This document shows, one piece after another, positions 12,809-25,195 of a stretch of DNA of 49,123 bases (positions within the stretch are counted from its first letter, which is position 1; each line of letters starts with the position of its first letter). A program made the position numbers and the translations under genes. The notes beneath the pieces are model-generated. The model saw nothing but the letters and a program-made list of their open reading frames with translations. It was not told the origin of the DNA and did no database searches. Source of the stretch: Reclinomonas americana ATCC 50394 (Eukaryota); contig PS015016.1 in assembly GCA_048213135.1 (NCBI GenBank), positions 142,340-191,462 of the forward strand, in the 5' to 3' direction.

Positions 12809-14403
12809 TCACCACGATGCTGGTGGCGGCAACGGCGCATTCTCGTCGTTGTTATTATTGGATGAACGTGGCGCGGGCGTCACTGTCGCAGTGGGGCCGA
12901 GAGGCACCACGTAAGCAGAGGCGTACTTTGCAGCCAGGCTCTCGCTAAGGCCACTGTCAGTAGAGACCATGGACGATGTCGATAGAGGCACGGCTGGCTC
13001 GGCCAATTCGGTCGCTCCCAACAGTCGATGCGTAGTTGAACTGCTGCGCATCTGGCGATACACACTCCCTCTGGAGGCAAAGGAGGACCCGGCTGCATCC
13101 GTGTAGCCCCCATCACCGCTCTCGGCACGTGCACAGCAGGCCCAACAGCGGAACATGATCGGCAGGTAGGCGCTGATGAAGAAGACATACAGAGCGGCGG
13201 CGGCCGGCGCCAGTCGAATGCAGATGCGAATGCAGATCTGCACACGTGACTCACGGGTGAGCGCAGGTGACGGAGCGCAGTATGCGTGTGGCACGCACCA
13301 CTAGGAACACGCCCCAGCCAATGTTTTCCAGATCGGCGCAACGATTTCCATGATTGACGAATTCGATATGCGTGTACACGTCGTACACCAACTGCGGAAG
13401 AAGCACTTGAGCGGGGAGACGCAAGCAAGCAGTGCTGCGAGACTTGCCTTGACGAGGGCACAAAAAGCGTCGAAGATGATGAGAAAGAGCAGCTGCCGTC
13501 GTTTGGACTGGCGTGACTTGCGCGCAACATCACTCGATCCGCCCACATCGCGACCGCGAAGCTGGCTGCGCTTGCCCGCGTGAATAGCAGAGTACGGGGG
13601 GGTGCCACACTGCACGGACACGTACCACACAATGTAGATCGAGGCCAGCAAGAAGATGCCGGCAATGGCCAAGGCACTCGCCGAGCTGAGCATCCACGAC
13701 AAGTCTGCGGTGGGGAGAGAGAGAGAGACCCGTCAGCGGTAACAGCAACAAGATCACAGCGCACAATGTCGCCGCCACTTGCCAGCGCAAGTGATCGTCT
13801 TGTCAATGGCATTGATGCACGAATACAGCAACACCGCAGTCGAGTAGATGATGACAATCGTGATCGCCACCACAGTCACTCTGCGCGTCCGAGTGAGCAT
13901 CCTCGCAGCGCGAGGTGAACAAAAAATAAACGACGAAACGGCCACAAGGTCTTGGCACCGGCCACTCGGATCGACAGACGCACAAAGAAGAACGCGAGGC
14001 AGGTGTAGAGCAAAACTTGGACTGCAGATGATGCGACGATGGTCAGATTGATTGATACAAGTAGACAAACCAAGCGCGAACGTGCGACTCTTGCACACAC
14101 AACTGTAATCGACGACAAAGTAGACCATGGCCGTCCGCAAGAGCAGGTTCTTGGAGAACAGCAGGAGACTCTGCAACGCCACCAGCGTGAACAGAACTAG
14201 ACGGAAGCCGCCAATCCGCTTCTTCCGCTCGAACAACAGCAACCACAGCGCAGTCAGCGCCAGTGCAAAGACACTGAAGGACAACCAGCCGACCACATTG
14301 GCACTGTGAAGACGACGGAGAGTGAGAAGACAACGCAACAAATCTAGACGCATCTCTGGTCTGCGAAGGCGAACCGAATGCAGTCGCTGGCCTCGCACTT
14401 CAT
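12809..14403 (-). CDS. Orphan seven-transmembrane (GPCR-like) protein, 8 exons
   Basis: Splicing gives MKCEASDCIRANVVGWLSF.. with seven hydrophobic segments and a Ser-rich tail; needs two GC-AG introns (donors 13782, 13447). Confidence 0.7.
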
Positions 14404-14511
14404 GCGCCCTCTCAGCAGCTCGCCACTGACAGAGCGAGAGGAAGAGAGTGGGAGAAGAGAGCGCCTTGCGTGTGCACGAAGATTGAATGGAGGAGGACGT
14501 GGAGGACACTC

Positions 14512-14514
<3 letters not shown>

Positions 14515-14558
<44 letters not shown>

Positions 14559-14562
14559 GTGT
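14515..14562. repeat. (GT)n microsatellite in the divergent 7TM/p52 spacer
   Basis: Direct reading. Confidence 0.95.
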
Positions 14563-14601
14563 GGTGGCGCGGTCGTCCGTCTGTGTGGGGGGAGAGAGAG
14601 A

Positions 14602-16485
14602 ATGAGCGACTTGTTCCAGTACGTGTGGAGTCTGGCTCCGGCCCAACTCGACCGTCTGTTTCAGAGTCCAGCTGTCGTGCAAGCACTCTTTCGGTACATT
14701 GTCTCTCTCTCTCTCACACACACTCTCTCTCTCTCTTCTTCTGCGGAAGCATTCATTCATGCATCACTGTCGCGCAGCGCTTTCCATCCACTCTCCAAAC
14801 TCTACATCTCACGACTGGCATTTGTCGACTTTGCATCGTCGTCATCATCATCATTGTTGTCGTCGCCATCTTCCATTCGCTTCTCCGAGATCGCCATGCT
14901 GGCCATGGACTCGGAGGAGGCCATGGCTGGTGATGCACGGATGGTTCTGTCCTCGTCGTCTTCCTCTTCATCGGGTGCTGCTGCAGCGGCGGCGGCGGCG
15001 GCAGCTGCGGCTGCATCGGCTGCTTCGGTCGACGAAGCTGTGTTGACGGCTGGCGAGGAGCTCATTCGGTGTCACGTGTTGCTGGTGGATGAGCAGGCGA
15101 CTGCTGCTGCCTCGGCGGCGGCTGCGGCTGCGGTGGCGGCCGTCACTGGCGTGATGGAGGTGGATGGTGTGGAGGAGGGTCCAAAGTTGCGCGCACGCGT
15201 GATTGCCTCTTTTTGTGTCCTCGTTGACACCCGCCCACTCGTTGTGTGTGCGTGTGCAGAACAAAACGCGCGCGCATGAGCGATCTGCGTCGATCAATGG
15301 TGCGGCTGCATCCTGCATTCCAAGAGAGCTACAGGTCGATCTTGTTGCATGGGTTGCCCGATCTGTACTCGGCCACCGACTTGGGTGTCGACCGGAATCA
15401 GCCGTCCATTGCCGACCTCGATGCATACGCGCAGAGCCAGTGGGAAGGTCAGTCAGTGCTGTGCGCTTCTCGCTGCTGGCCAGCCCGTCGCTGACCCCGT
15501 GCGGCAGACATGCTGCACTGGATGGTGAATCCGCATGATCAGACGCAGATCGACGACAGCATTCGCACGCTACTGAACCATGCCAAGCTGCTGCGGTTTG
15601 TGTCTCTGCAGATGTCGCGGTGACTGTGTGCGCTCACTGTTGTCGACAGAGGTCGAAATCTCACCAACCTCGGCTTCCAGTTCCTGCTCAAGGACACCCA
15701 CTCGCAAGTGTGGGACCTGTTGCACGAGTACATTGATTCGTCTGAGGTACCACATACTCTCTTCCATTCTCCTTGCTTGTGGAGTGCACCCACATGTTTT
15801 CGTCGCCGCAGTCGCGTGGCATGGACCGCGAAGAGCTCTTGCAGTTCCTGTTTGAGTTGAGCCACATGCGACTGGGTCAGGTGCGTCCTCTGTTTTTCAT
15901 NNNNNNNNNNNNNNNNNNNNNNNNNNNNNNNNNNNNNNNNNNNNNNNNNNNNNNNNNNNNNNNNNNNNNNNNNNNNNNNNNNNNNNNNNNNNNNNNNNNN
16001 NNNNNNNNNNNNNNNNNNNNNNNNNNNNNNNNNNNNNNNNNNNNNNNNNNNNNNNNNNNNNNNNNNNNNNNNNNNNNNNNNNNNNNNNNNNNNNNNNNNN
16101 NNNNNNNNNNNNNNNNNNNNNNNNNNNNNNNNNNNNNNNNNNNNNNNNNNNNNNNNNNNNNNNNNNNNNNNNNNNNNNNNNNNNNNNNNNNNNNNNNNNN
16201 NNNNNNNNNNNNNNNNNNNNNNNNNNNNNNNNNNNNNNNNNNNNNNNNNNNNNNNNNNNNNNNNNTTTTGCGCCCGTACGTTGCTCACATGTGTGTGTGT
16301 GCGTGCATGCAGTCGAGGCGTTTGCACGCGAGCGCAACTACTGCATGTGGTCCAACTTTGACACCATGATGTTGGTGGTTTCCGAGGAAGGCCATCTCAT
16401 TGTGAAGGACTTTACGAGTCGACTCAAGGATCAGCAGGACCGACGGGAGGCCAGCGGTTCTGCGTACGGAGCCTCGTGGACATGA
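14602..16485 (+). CDS. GTF2H4: TFIIH subunit p52/Tfb2; middle lost in gap
   Basis: MSDLFQYV..LDRLFQSPAVVQALFRAFHPLSKLYI; LDAYAQSQWEDMLHWMV; LTNLGFQFLLKDTHSQVW; ELLQFLFELS; C-terminal MLVVSEEGHLIVKDF. Confidence 0.9.
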
Positions 16486-16593
16486 CCACGATTTGCGAAG
16501 AGGGGCCAGGAAAAAATGTATTGCATTCACGTAAAAAGAGAGGGGAAACGGAGAACTTTCACTGCGTGGAGCACCACCACGGCGACAGGCTTA

Positions 16594-18814
16594 CTAGAGA
16601 CCATTGCACGGAGAGGTGTTCTGTGTGGGGGAAGATAGGAGTGTGTGAGTGAGTGAGGGAGGTCGTCGACACAAAACAAACTCGTGGCGACGAACCTTGG
16701 TCTGGACGGTGCCGGTGACCGTGACTTGATCGGCCTACACAATGGAGAGGTCAATGTCATGTGTGTGAAGAGGAAGCGTGGCGACACCCACGACAAAAAA
16801 TAAACGCCCACGCACCACGAATGCACACTTCGGGTCGCACCAACCGGCACCGCCATCTGTGGCCTGTGATCCAGACACTGTCGAGTGCGACACGTTGATC
16901 GAGCCGTACTGGTCGCAGTAGAATGTGCCGCCGTGGCCACGTGAACCGCCGAGGGCGATTGCGCGGTTGTTGATGAAGACGCAGCTGTCAAATGCCGCAT
17001 TCACATTGTCGCCGATGTACACAGCGCCGCCGTCGATATTGCTGCCGCCGTTGGAGCTGAACCTGTGTGGATGGACACGGGGAAGAGAGTTAAATGCACA
17101 AGAGCACAGTGTTGTCGAGTGTTGTTGCATCAATGAACGAACGTGGACTTGGTGACGACGATGCGGCCCTGCGGGGACGACGCATTCGGGATACCGTACG
17201 CATAGAGGGCAGTCGCGGTGGTGTTGAAGAACTGTGAGGTGAAAAAGCGGTCGGTGAGGAAACGCCACGACGACGAGACGGCGGCGAGAAACGTACTCGG
17301 GCGTTGCTGAGGTTGATGTAGAACGCACTGCAACAGAGAGTAGGGAAGCGTGAACATCGCGGTACGTGGCAATGGTCACCAACAGCACACGCACTGATTC
17401 TGGGTGGTGACCGACACACCCGTGGAGACATTCTCGAAAGTGAGACTGAGGAGTCAACGAGATGAAGGCACGTGTGAGAACATTGCTGGGGGGAAAAAAG
17501 ACGGGGAGTATACAAACGTGTCAGCCTGGAACTCCGAATATCCGCTGGCCACAGACAGGCCAATAGTGCCGCCAGTGACGCTGCGGATAGAATAGCAGAG
17601 ATGTCAACAGCTGGCATCTGTGAAAGAGTGCAGAGGCACAAGCGCTGCGCAACGTCACTCGCGACGCCAGAATCGACACCTTGGCCGGCGGGAAGTCGTC
17701 TGCGGACGGACATTCAAGCAACTCAGCACACATTCGAGGAGGAAAGAGGGAGACGGGCAAGTAACGCGACTGTAAGGGAATGCAATGGCTTTGCCATTGT
17801 TGACAAAGTTGACGTCCGTCAGAGTCGAAGAGCCAGTGCTCACGGCCAGACCGGTGTCGTTGTTCCAGAAGGCGCACTTGCTGAAGTTCACAGTGGCAGA
17901 GGCATACACGGCACCAAAACCGCTGTTGTACGCACTGTAGTGGTGCAGCAGAGAAAATGAAACCCAGTGAGACCACACACACACGCGCAGCTTGACACAC
18001 AGCGGTCGAGGTACGCAACAAGTCCGCAAAGCCAACGCCGGTAAACTGGCGAAAGAATGCAGCAGAGAGTGAACACAACAAAGCACCAGCATGAGCGACA
18101 CGCACGCAGTGACCTCACCAACACATTCACAGACGGGTCAAACGTGAAGCCGACGATTCCTGTGCATAAGAAGGAAAGAGAGCGCGAGGCCAGTCAGCCA
18201 CGATCATTGTTCCGAGTCGTCGTCACATGTACAGTACCAGAACGGCCCTGTCGCGTTGCAGTGAGGACGCTGTGTCAGAGTGGCAACATGCACTCATCAG
18301 CAGCTACGCAACTTGCCCCGAAAAGTACGCCTGACTCGGCGAATCCACTGTGTGTGTCTGCAGTCAAAAATAGTGGACATGCAGCAGTCAATGCGTGGTG
18401 AGACACACCAGATGAATCCGCGACAATGTTGACGGACTTGGTGATGCCTGTGTGCAGGCGCATGTCACTCTCACTCACTCAGCATACGTGACACGCGCAG
18501 ACACACACGCAACGAGGGAAGTTGATGGAGCCCGTGTACACGCCCGGCAACACAAACACGGAGCCGCCTGGGTTCACTGACGCGATGCCCTTGCTGACAG
18601 TGAGGTACGGTGACGCGTATGTACCACTGCCAGTGGTGTCACTGCCAAAGGGACCGATCCTGTGCGTGCGCGTGTGACGTGTTACGTGTTGTCACATGGC
18701 GGGGGTCAGTGCTACCGCAGTCACCAACCAGACAGTACTGGTCGACTGAGCATTGACGACAGTGCACAGAAGTACCAGTGCAACAGTGACGACGAGGATG
18801 AGGCGCGGTGACAT
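16594..18814 (-). CDS. Secreted right-handed beta-helix (pectin-lyase-fold / Pmp-repeat-like) protein, copy 1
   Basis: Signal peptide MSPRLILVVTVALVLLCTVVNA; cap motif GSDTTGSGTYASPYLTVSKGI..VFVLPGVYTG; GGAVY and FxxN motifs (FINNRA..HGGTFY); TAG at 16594-16596. Confidence 0.8.
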
Positions 18815-18890
18815 GGCGTTGGCGTGAGGTCGTCGGAGAAAAGGGAGGTGCGTGTGGTGCAGGACGACTGACTTTTGTTCGGTGCATTCT

Positions 18891-19245
18891 TCACCCATTG
18901 TTCTGCGCCTGCCACATGGAGGCGTAGATGCCATTCGGGTGCCGTAGCAGTTCGCTGTGAGTGCCACGCTCCGCAATCGAACCGTCCTTCAGCACTAGAA
19001 TCTGCGATGGATTGGTAAGTGGCAAACATGACAGAAGTGGACGCTCGCTAGTGGGCAAGGAGATGTAGTGGTGGTGGTGATGGTGGTGGTGGTGGTGGTG
19101 GTGGTGGTGGTAGTGGTGGTGGTGGTGGTAGTGGTGGTGGTGGCGGCGGTGGTGGTGGTGGGTGGCACGCAACTTGATCAGCACCGGGAATGGTGGCCAG
19201 ACGACGCGCAATGACAATACTGGTGGTGCCGGAGCGTCCGCTCGC
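18891..19245 (-). pseudogene. Duplicated 3' fragment (last intron and last exon) of ABC transporter B
   Basis: Near-identical to 21745-22030 ([36 protein letters not shown]); H-loop IAHRL changed to IARRL; no upstream exons. Confidence 0.85.
19068..19165. repeat. Intronic (GGT/CCA)n repeat, longer than its counterpart at about 21909-21955
   Basis: Direct reading. Confidence 0.9.
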
Positions 19246-19482
19246 TGTCCATGGTGCTGCCAACCCTCAAGTCTCTCGTTCTCCGTGGGCGGCCACCAGA
19301 GTGTTGAAGCACTGACGCGACAACAGTTCTCCTAGAACAACAACAACTGCGAGGATCGAAGGCCAGCCTCGTGACGATTGCGATGATAGAATGTTTTGCA
19401 TTAATATTCACGTAAAAAGAGGGGAGACGGAAAACATGCTCGCGTGGAGCACCACCACGACGACAAGGCGAGACGAGGTGGC

Positions 19483-21433
19483 TTACTGGAGACCACTGCA
19501 CGGAGAGGTGTTCTGTGTGTGGGTGAGACATGCGAATGTGAGTGAGAGGGAAGTCGTCACGCAGAAAAGCTCGTGTCGACAAACCTGAACCTGGACGGTG
19601 CCGGTGACTGTGACTTGCTTGGCCTGCACCAATGGTGTGGTCAATATCGCGTGTGTGGAGAGGAAGCGTGGCGACACAAAGTAAAAAGAATTCGAACCCA
19701 TGGCCACGAACCACAAATGTACAACTTGGAGCACACCAGCTGGCACCGCCATCTGTGGCCTGCGATCCAGACACTGTCGAGCGCGACACAGTGATCGAGC
19801 CGTACTGGTCGCAGTAGAATGTGCCGCCGTGGCCACGTGAACCGCCGAGGGCGATTGCGCGGTTGTTGGTGAAGGTGCAGCTGTCAAATGCCGCATTTAC
19901 ATTGTCGCCGATGTACACAGCGCCGCCGTCGACATTGCTGCCGCCGTTGGAGCTGAACCTGTGTGGATGGACACGGAGAGAGAGAAGAGAGAGTTAATGC
20001 ACAAGAGCACAGTGTTGTCGAGTGTTGCATCAACGAACGTGGACTTGGTGACGACGATGCGGCCCTGTGGATTTGACGGACCATACGCCCAGAGAGCAGA
20101 CGACGTGGTGTTGAAGAACTTCAAGATGAAAATAAGAAGTCAATGGAAAAGCCACGAAGATGAGAGAATGCATGCAAGACGATAAACGGTGCGTTCCTGG
20201 GCGTTGGTGAGGTTGATGTAGAATCCGCTGTGACAGGTTTGTAGGAAGCATGCGCGCATCATCCGTGAATATGGCAGCACGTCGCAAGGAGCACGCAAAT
20301 TAAACACACAAAACTACTCACTTGTGCCGAGACGCGACTGACACACCGTTGGAGAGATTCTCAAAGGTGAGACTGCATGCGCAGGGTCGACAGCATTAAT
20401 GCGTGTGAGAACAATACGGGAGAAGATGGAGACAGGGAATGCACAGACGTGTCAGCTTGGAACTCCGAGTATCCGGCGGCCTCTGACACACTTAAGCCAA
20501 TGCGACCGCCGGTGAAGCTGCAGAGGACATAAAAGACAGAGATGTAAACAACTGGCACTTGTAAAACATCGCGAGTGCGAAGGCAACAGCGGAACTTCAC
20601 TCGTGACGCCAGAATCGACGTTTTGGGTGGCGGGTTGACGCCTGTTTGCAATCAAGATACTCAGCACACCAGAGAGGGAGGGAGGGAGGGAGGAAAGAGG
20701 GTGGCAAAACGCGACTGTAAGGGAACTCAATGGCTTTGCCATTGTTGACAAAGTTGACGTCGGTCAGAGTCAATGAGCAGCCACTGCCCACGGCCAGACC
20801 GGTGTCGTTGTTCCAGAAGGCGCACTTGTTGAAATTCACAGTGGTGGCAGTGGCAGTCACAGCACCGAAACCGCTGTTGAACGGGCTATCGTGGTACACC
20901 AGAGAAAACAATCCCCAGTGAGAAGACGCACACGCGAAGCTTGACACACAGCGCACGCAACAAGTCCGCAAAGCCAACGCCGATAAACTTGTGCAAGGGT
21001 GCAGAAGAGGGTGAACAAAAAATAGCAGCAGCATGAGCGACACGCACGCAGTGACCTCACCAACACATTCACAGACGGGTCAAACGTGAAGCCGACGATT
21101 CCTGTGCATAAGAAGGAAAGAGAGTGCGAGGCCAGTCAGCCACGATCGTTGTTCCGAGTCGTCGTCACATGTACAGTACCAGAACGGCCCTGTCGCGTTG
21201 CAGTGAGGATGCAACGTCAGAGTGGCAACATACTCTCATCAACAGCTACGCAACCTGGCCTGAAAAGTACGCCTGACTCGGCGAATTCACTGCGTGTGTC
21301 TTGCAGTGAGTGAATGGACATGCATCGCCAATGCCGGAAGATACGAACCCGATGAATCCGCGACAATGTTGACGGACTTGGTGATGCCTGTGTGCAGGCA
21401 CATGTCACTCTCACTCGCTCAGCAGATGTGACA

Positions 21434-21492
<59 letters not shown>

Positions 21493-21676
21493 CGACGAAG
21501 GAGGTAGTGAGTCGGACCGTCCGTACGACCGANNNNNNNNNNNNNNNNNNNNGGGGGTCAGTGCTACCACTGTACTGCGCAGTCACCAACCAGACAGTGT
21601 TGGTCGACTGAGCATTGACGACAGTGCACAGAAGTACCAGTGCAACAGTGACGACGAGGATGAGGCGCGGTGACAT
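19483..21676 (-). CDS. Secreted beta-helix protein, copy 2 (exon 2 mostly in 20-N gap)
   Basis: Same signal peptide and exon structure as copy 1; ends NTSPCSGLQ TAA. Confidence 0.78.
21438..21490. repeat. Intronic (AC)n microsatellite
   Basis: Direct reading; much shorter in copy 1 (about 18501-18508). Confidence 0.95.
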
Positions 21677-21744
21677 GGCGTTGACGTGAGATCGTCGGAG
21701 AAAAAGGAGGTGCAGGACGATCTAATGTTTGTTCGGTGCACTCT

Positions 21745-24700
21745 TCACCCATTGTTCTGCGCCTGCCACATGGAGGCGTAGATGCCATTCGGATGCCGTA
21801 GCAGCTCGCTGTGAGTGCCACGCTCCGCAATCGAACCGTCCTTCAGCACTAGAATCTGCGATGGATTGGTAAGTGGCAAACATGACAGAAGTGGACGCTC
21901 GCTATTGTGTGGTGGTGGTGGTGGTGGTGATGGTGGCGGTGGTGGTGGTGGGTGGCACGCAACTTGATCAGCACCGGCAATGGTGGCCAGACGATGCGCA
22001 ATCACGATACTGGTGCGTCCGCTGGCCAGCGCAGCAATCGACTCTTGGATTTCGCGCTCCGTGGCAGTGTCCAGCGACGATGTGGCCTCTGCAGTTATGG
22101 TGAACGAGGGGGGCTACGGATGGAGAGCGGCAGCACGAGGAAGCACGAGTCGCAAACCGTCGAACAGCACCACGCGACTGTCCTTCAGGAAGCACCTCGC
22201 AATGCCGATGCGTTGTTTCTCTGCTCATACATCCACAGCAGTCAGGCATGACGACGGCGAGAACCTCAACGCCCCCCACACACTCCCGCACCACCGCCGG
22301 AGAGGCGGAGTCCACGTTCGCCCACCAGCATCTGATATCCCTCCTCTAGTCGATCCACAAAGTCATGAATGTGCGCCAACTTGGCGGCACGTATCACCTA
22401 CAACAGACAGCACACTCTCAGCTTACAGGATTGCAGTGGCAACCCATATGTACTGGTTGCCAACCTCGTCATGTGTGGCTCCCACACGTCCGTACGCTCT
22501 GCGCGCAACACACTGCTCTCACACCGAGCACAGAAACTGCAATCGCGTACAACAGCAACACCCACATGTTGTACTCGACACTGTCGTGCAGCAACGAGGT
22601 ATCCTGCGGCACGATACCAAGCTGCCTTCGCAGTGAGTGCTGGGTGACGGACCGCACGTCTTGTCCATCGATCATGATTGCTCCACCGTCCACCTAATTG
22701 TGCAGCGTGAACTCGCTGCTCCGTGTCTCCATGGATGCACGCAACGCAACATCAAAGTGCCGGAATAGTAGCTTGCCGATGGTGCTCTTGCCGGCTCCAG
22801 AAGGCCTGCACGTAAGCATGCATCGGTCATACCCGCACTGCAATCACATTCTTTCTAGCAGCATACCCGACAATGGCCGTCTGCTTGCCGGCCTCGCACA
22901 CAAAGGAAACGTTGCGGAGAACGGCAGGCCCATGAGCATATTGGAAACTTGGGGGAAATCACCACGTGAGAACGAGAACACTCAATGTAGACTTGTCAAT
23001 CTCATCACACCTGACATTGGCGAATTCTACTCGACCCTTCTCGACCTGGAGACACGTCGCGTCACTCGCATCGACAATGTCACACGGCTGCACGGCACAC
23101 AGTGCCACTCTCGGTGAGTGCTTGCCTCTGCGCGACCTCACTCGCTGAAGCAGCTCACCGTATCCTGCAGTGCAAACATGGGTTCCATGTCGGTGAGCGC
23201 ATCCTTTGTCATCCTGTGTGCGTGTTTGCGCATATCATGAGCGACAGACACCCTTTGCAATCAGACATGCTATCGCAACTGATACGAATTTGCCAGCTCG
23301 CCGAGTGGTGCAAACACCAGCTTCAAGTACGTTTCACACAGCACCAAATCGCCGACACTGAAAGAGCCTGCGGCAATCCATGCGTGAGTACCACCGCACA
23401 CACCGCGACACAGTGTATGCATGGTATGGCATCCACCTTCGAAAACACGCCGCGCGGCCACCAGCAACACAATGACCTGCACAACTCATCAACATGCTGG
23501 TCAGTGCATCATCAGTCCACTGCATCGAAGAGAACACGCACATTGCCGAGACCAACGATAAATGCTGCGCGTGGTTCCGCGAAAGCAAATCAGCAAAACA
23601 GCAACTCACTTGAATTCCTATCGAGCAGGCGCAACTCTGTGTCAGCGCCAACGGTGCGGAGCTCGCCGTGGCCACCACACTGCCGTGAGCAAACTGCTTC
23701 ATGGCCTCTGCGTATCGCTCCTCCTCAACACTGAGAGAGAAAGAGTGAGAGAGAGATGACCACGCAAGGCATCTCTCCACCACGAACCGCTCATTGGCCA
23801 TGTATTTGACAGTCTCGATCTGCATGAGAGGCAGGCAAGTGAGAGTGACATCAGAAGAGGAGCAGATCTCGTGTCAGACGCGAACATTGAGCAGGCCGTC
23901 CATGGCGAGAGCCACAGCATTCGCCGCGTGACCGTCGCGGTACCGTCGAAACTGTCACTGCGCACTCAGCCTGCGCTCAGACACACAGTGACACGCACAC
24001 ATCGCAAACCTTGGAGCGCCACTCCGATATCAGCAGCGTAGCGCCAATGTATGCCACGCTGCTAGCCAGAATCACCAGAAAGATGAGCCAGTCGTACTGT
24101 GTGCGCACATCAACACCCTCCAGTCAGCCACATGCGGTGACGCATTCCCCCGACAACACGAAACTAACCGTGGTCAACACCACACCACAGCAGGCGACGA
24201 TTTCCAGCAGAGTCGGCAGCGTGCGCAAAAAGGCATGATCGAATACCGTACTCATGCCCGCCGTACCTGCGGCAGTCGACGTCATGGTAAGCAAGACCAA
24301 TGACCTGCCAGCAGGCCCACCAACCCACCTGTTTCCATGGCTCGCAAAGTCTGACGAGACGCGAGTGAGTGCATGGCACACCTTCGAGCATGCGGCTCGC
24401 ACGCAACTTGAGCCGTCTTGCGGTGAACGTGAAAGGCCAGCGAGAGCGACTGGATGTGTGCCAGTGTGGACACCGATGCCGTCGTGATCCCATGCATTTG
24501 CACCTGCAGCGTCAAGGCAAGTCAGCACTCTTCTGCGTCGCGTACGCAACCCGCGCACAGTACCACGCAGCATTGATGAACAGCGAGTTGCGCAGATCAG
24601 TCAGCGCCTGTCGCACAAACTGACCGACGGCGACATACACGATCAGAATCGTCGTGCGCTCCCTCAGTGACGACGACTCATCGCCAAGAACGACGGCCTG

Positions 24701-25092
24701 TGGCAACGGTGCAGCAGTCGCCCCGGAAAGTAGGTCGACCACAGACTTGAGGGCTAGCGGCGTCAGCACCGACACCAACTTGGCGAGCAGCGTGCACATG
24801 ACCGCCAAGACAAGTCTGATCATCATCATCATCATCGTTATCCTGCTTGGCCTCTCTCTCTCTCCCTCTCAATGTGTGTGGGGGGCACCACTTGATGCGC
24901 AACTGACATCGAATCCACCAGTGATCGCGTGGCCACAGATACGCAAGAACCCGAAGCAGGCTGGGAATGAATCGGTACGGCTGGACAGAGGTGTGTGAGC
25001 GAAGACTCCCCCACTCTGCAACGAGGTACATATATATACACAGTGACCTTTAGTGCTGCTCTGCCGACGCCGGCACCGTCAGTTGGCGCCAT
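21745..25092 (-). CDS. ABCB6/ATM1/HMT1-like half ABC transporter, paralog B (start codon tentative)
   Basis: Open after splicing: TMD (YLWP..LRNSLF..WRSKFRR..LLNIETVKY), Walker [11 protein letters not shown]-loop [36 protein letters not shown]. Confidence 0.88.
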
Positions 25093-25195
25093 GCGACGAC
25101 AAAACGCGACAAATCCGTGGGACAACTTCGCTGTGCACCCCTTCTCACCACCCTTCCCTCCCTTGTTGGCGAACATAAAAGTGTCTACTACATTC

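Larger units (their letters stand above)
16522..22030. repeat. Tandem segmental duplication, two ~2.7 kb units (about 16522-19245 and 19403-22030)
   Basis: Both units start near ATTCACGTAAAAAGAG (16525, 19406) and contain the beta-helix gene plus the ABC 3' tail. Confidence 0.9.

Noticed and set aside
14304-14374. Apparent AT-AG intron (ATGCGT) in the first 7TM intron
   Set aside because: An ordinary CG|GTTCGC donor upstream gives the correct phase and a typical length.
18891-19263. Poly-His / poly-Pro ORFs
   Set aside because: They are translations of an intronic (CCA)n repeat in the ABC pseudogene fragment.
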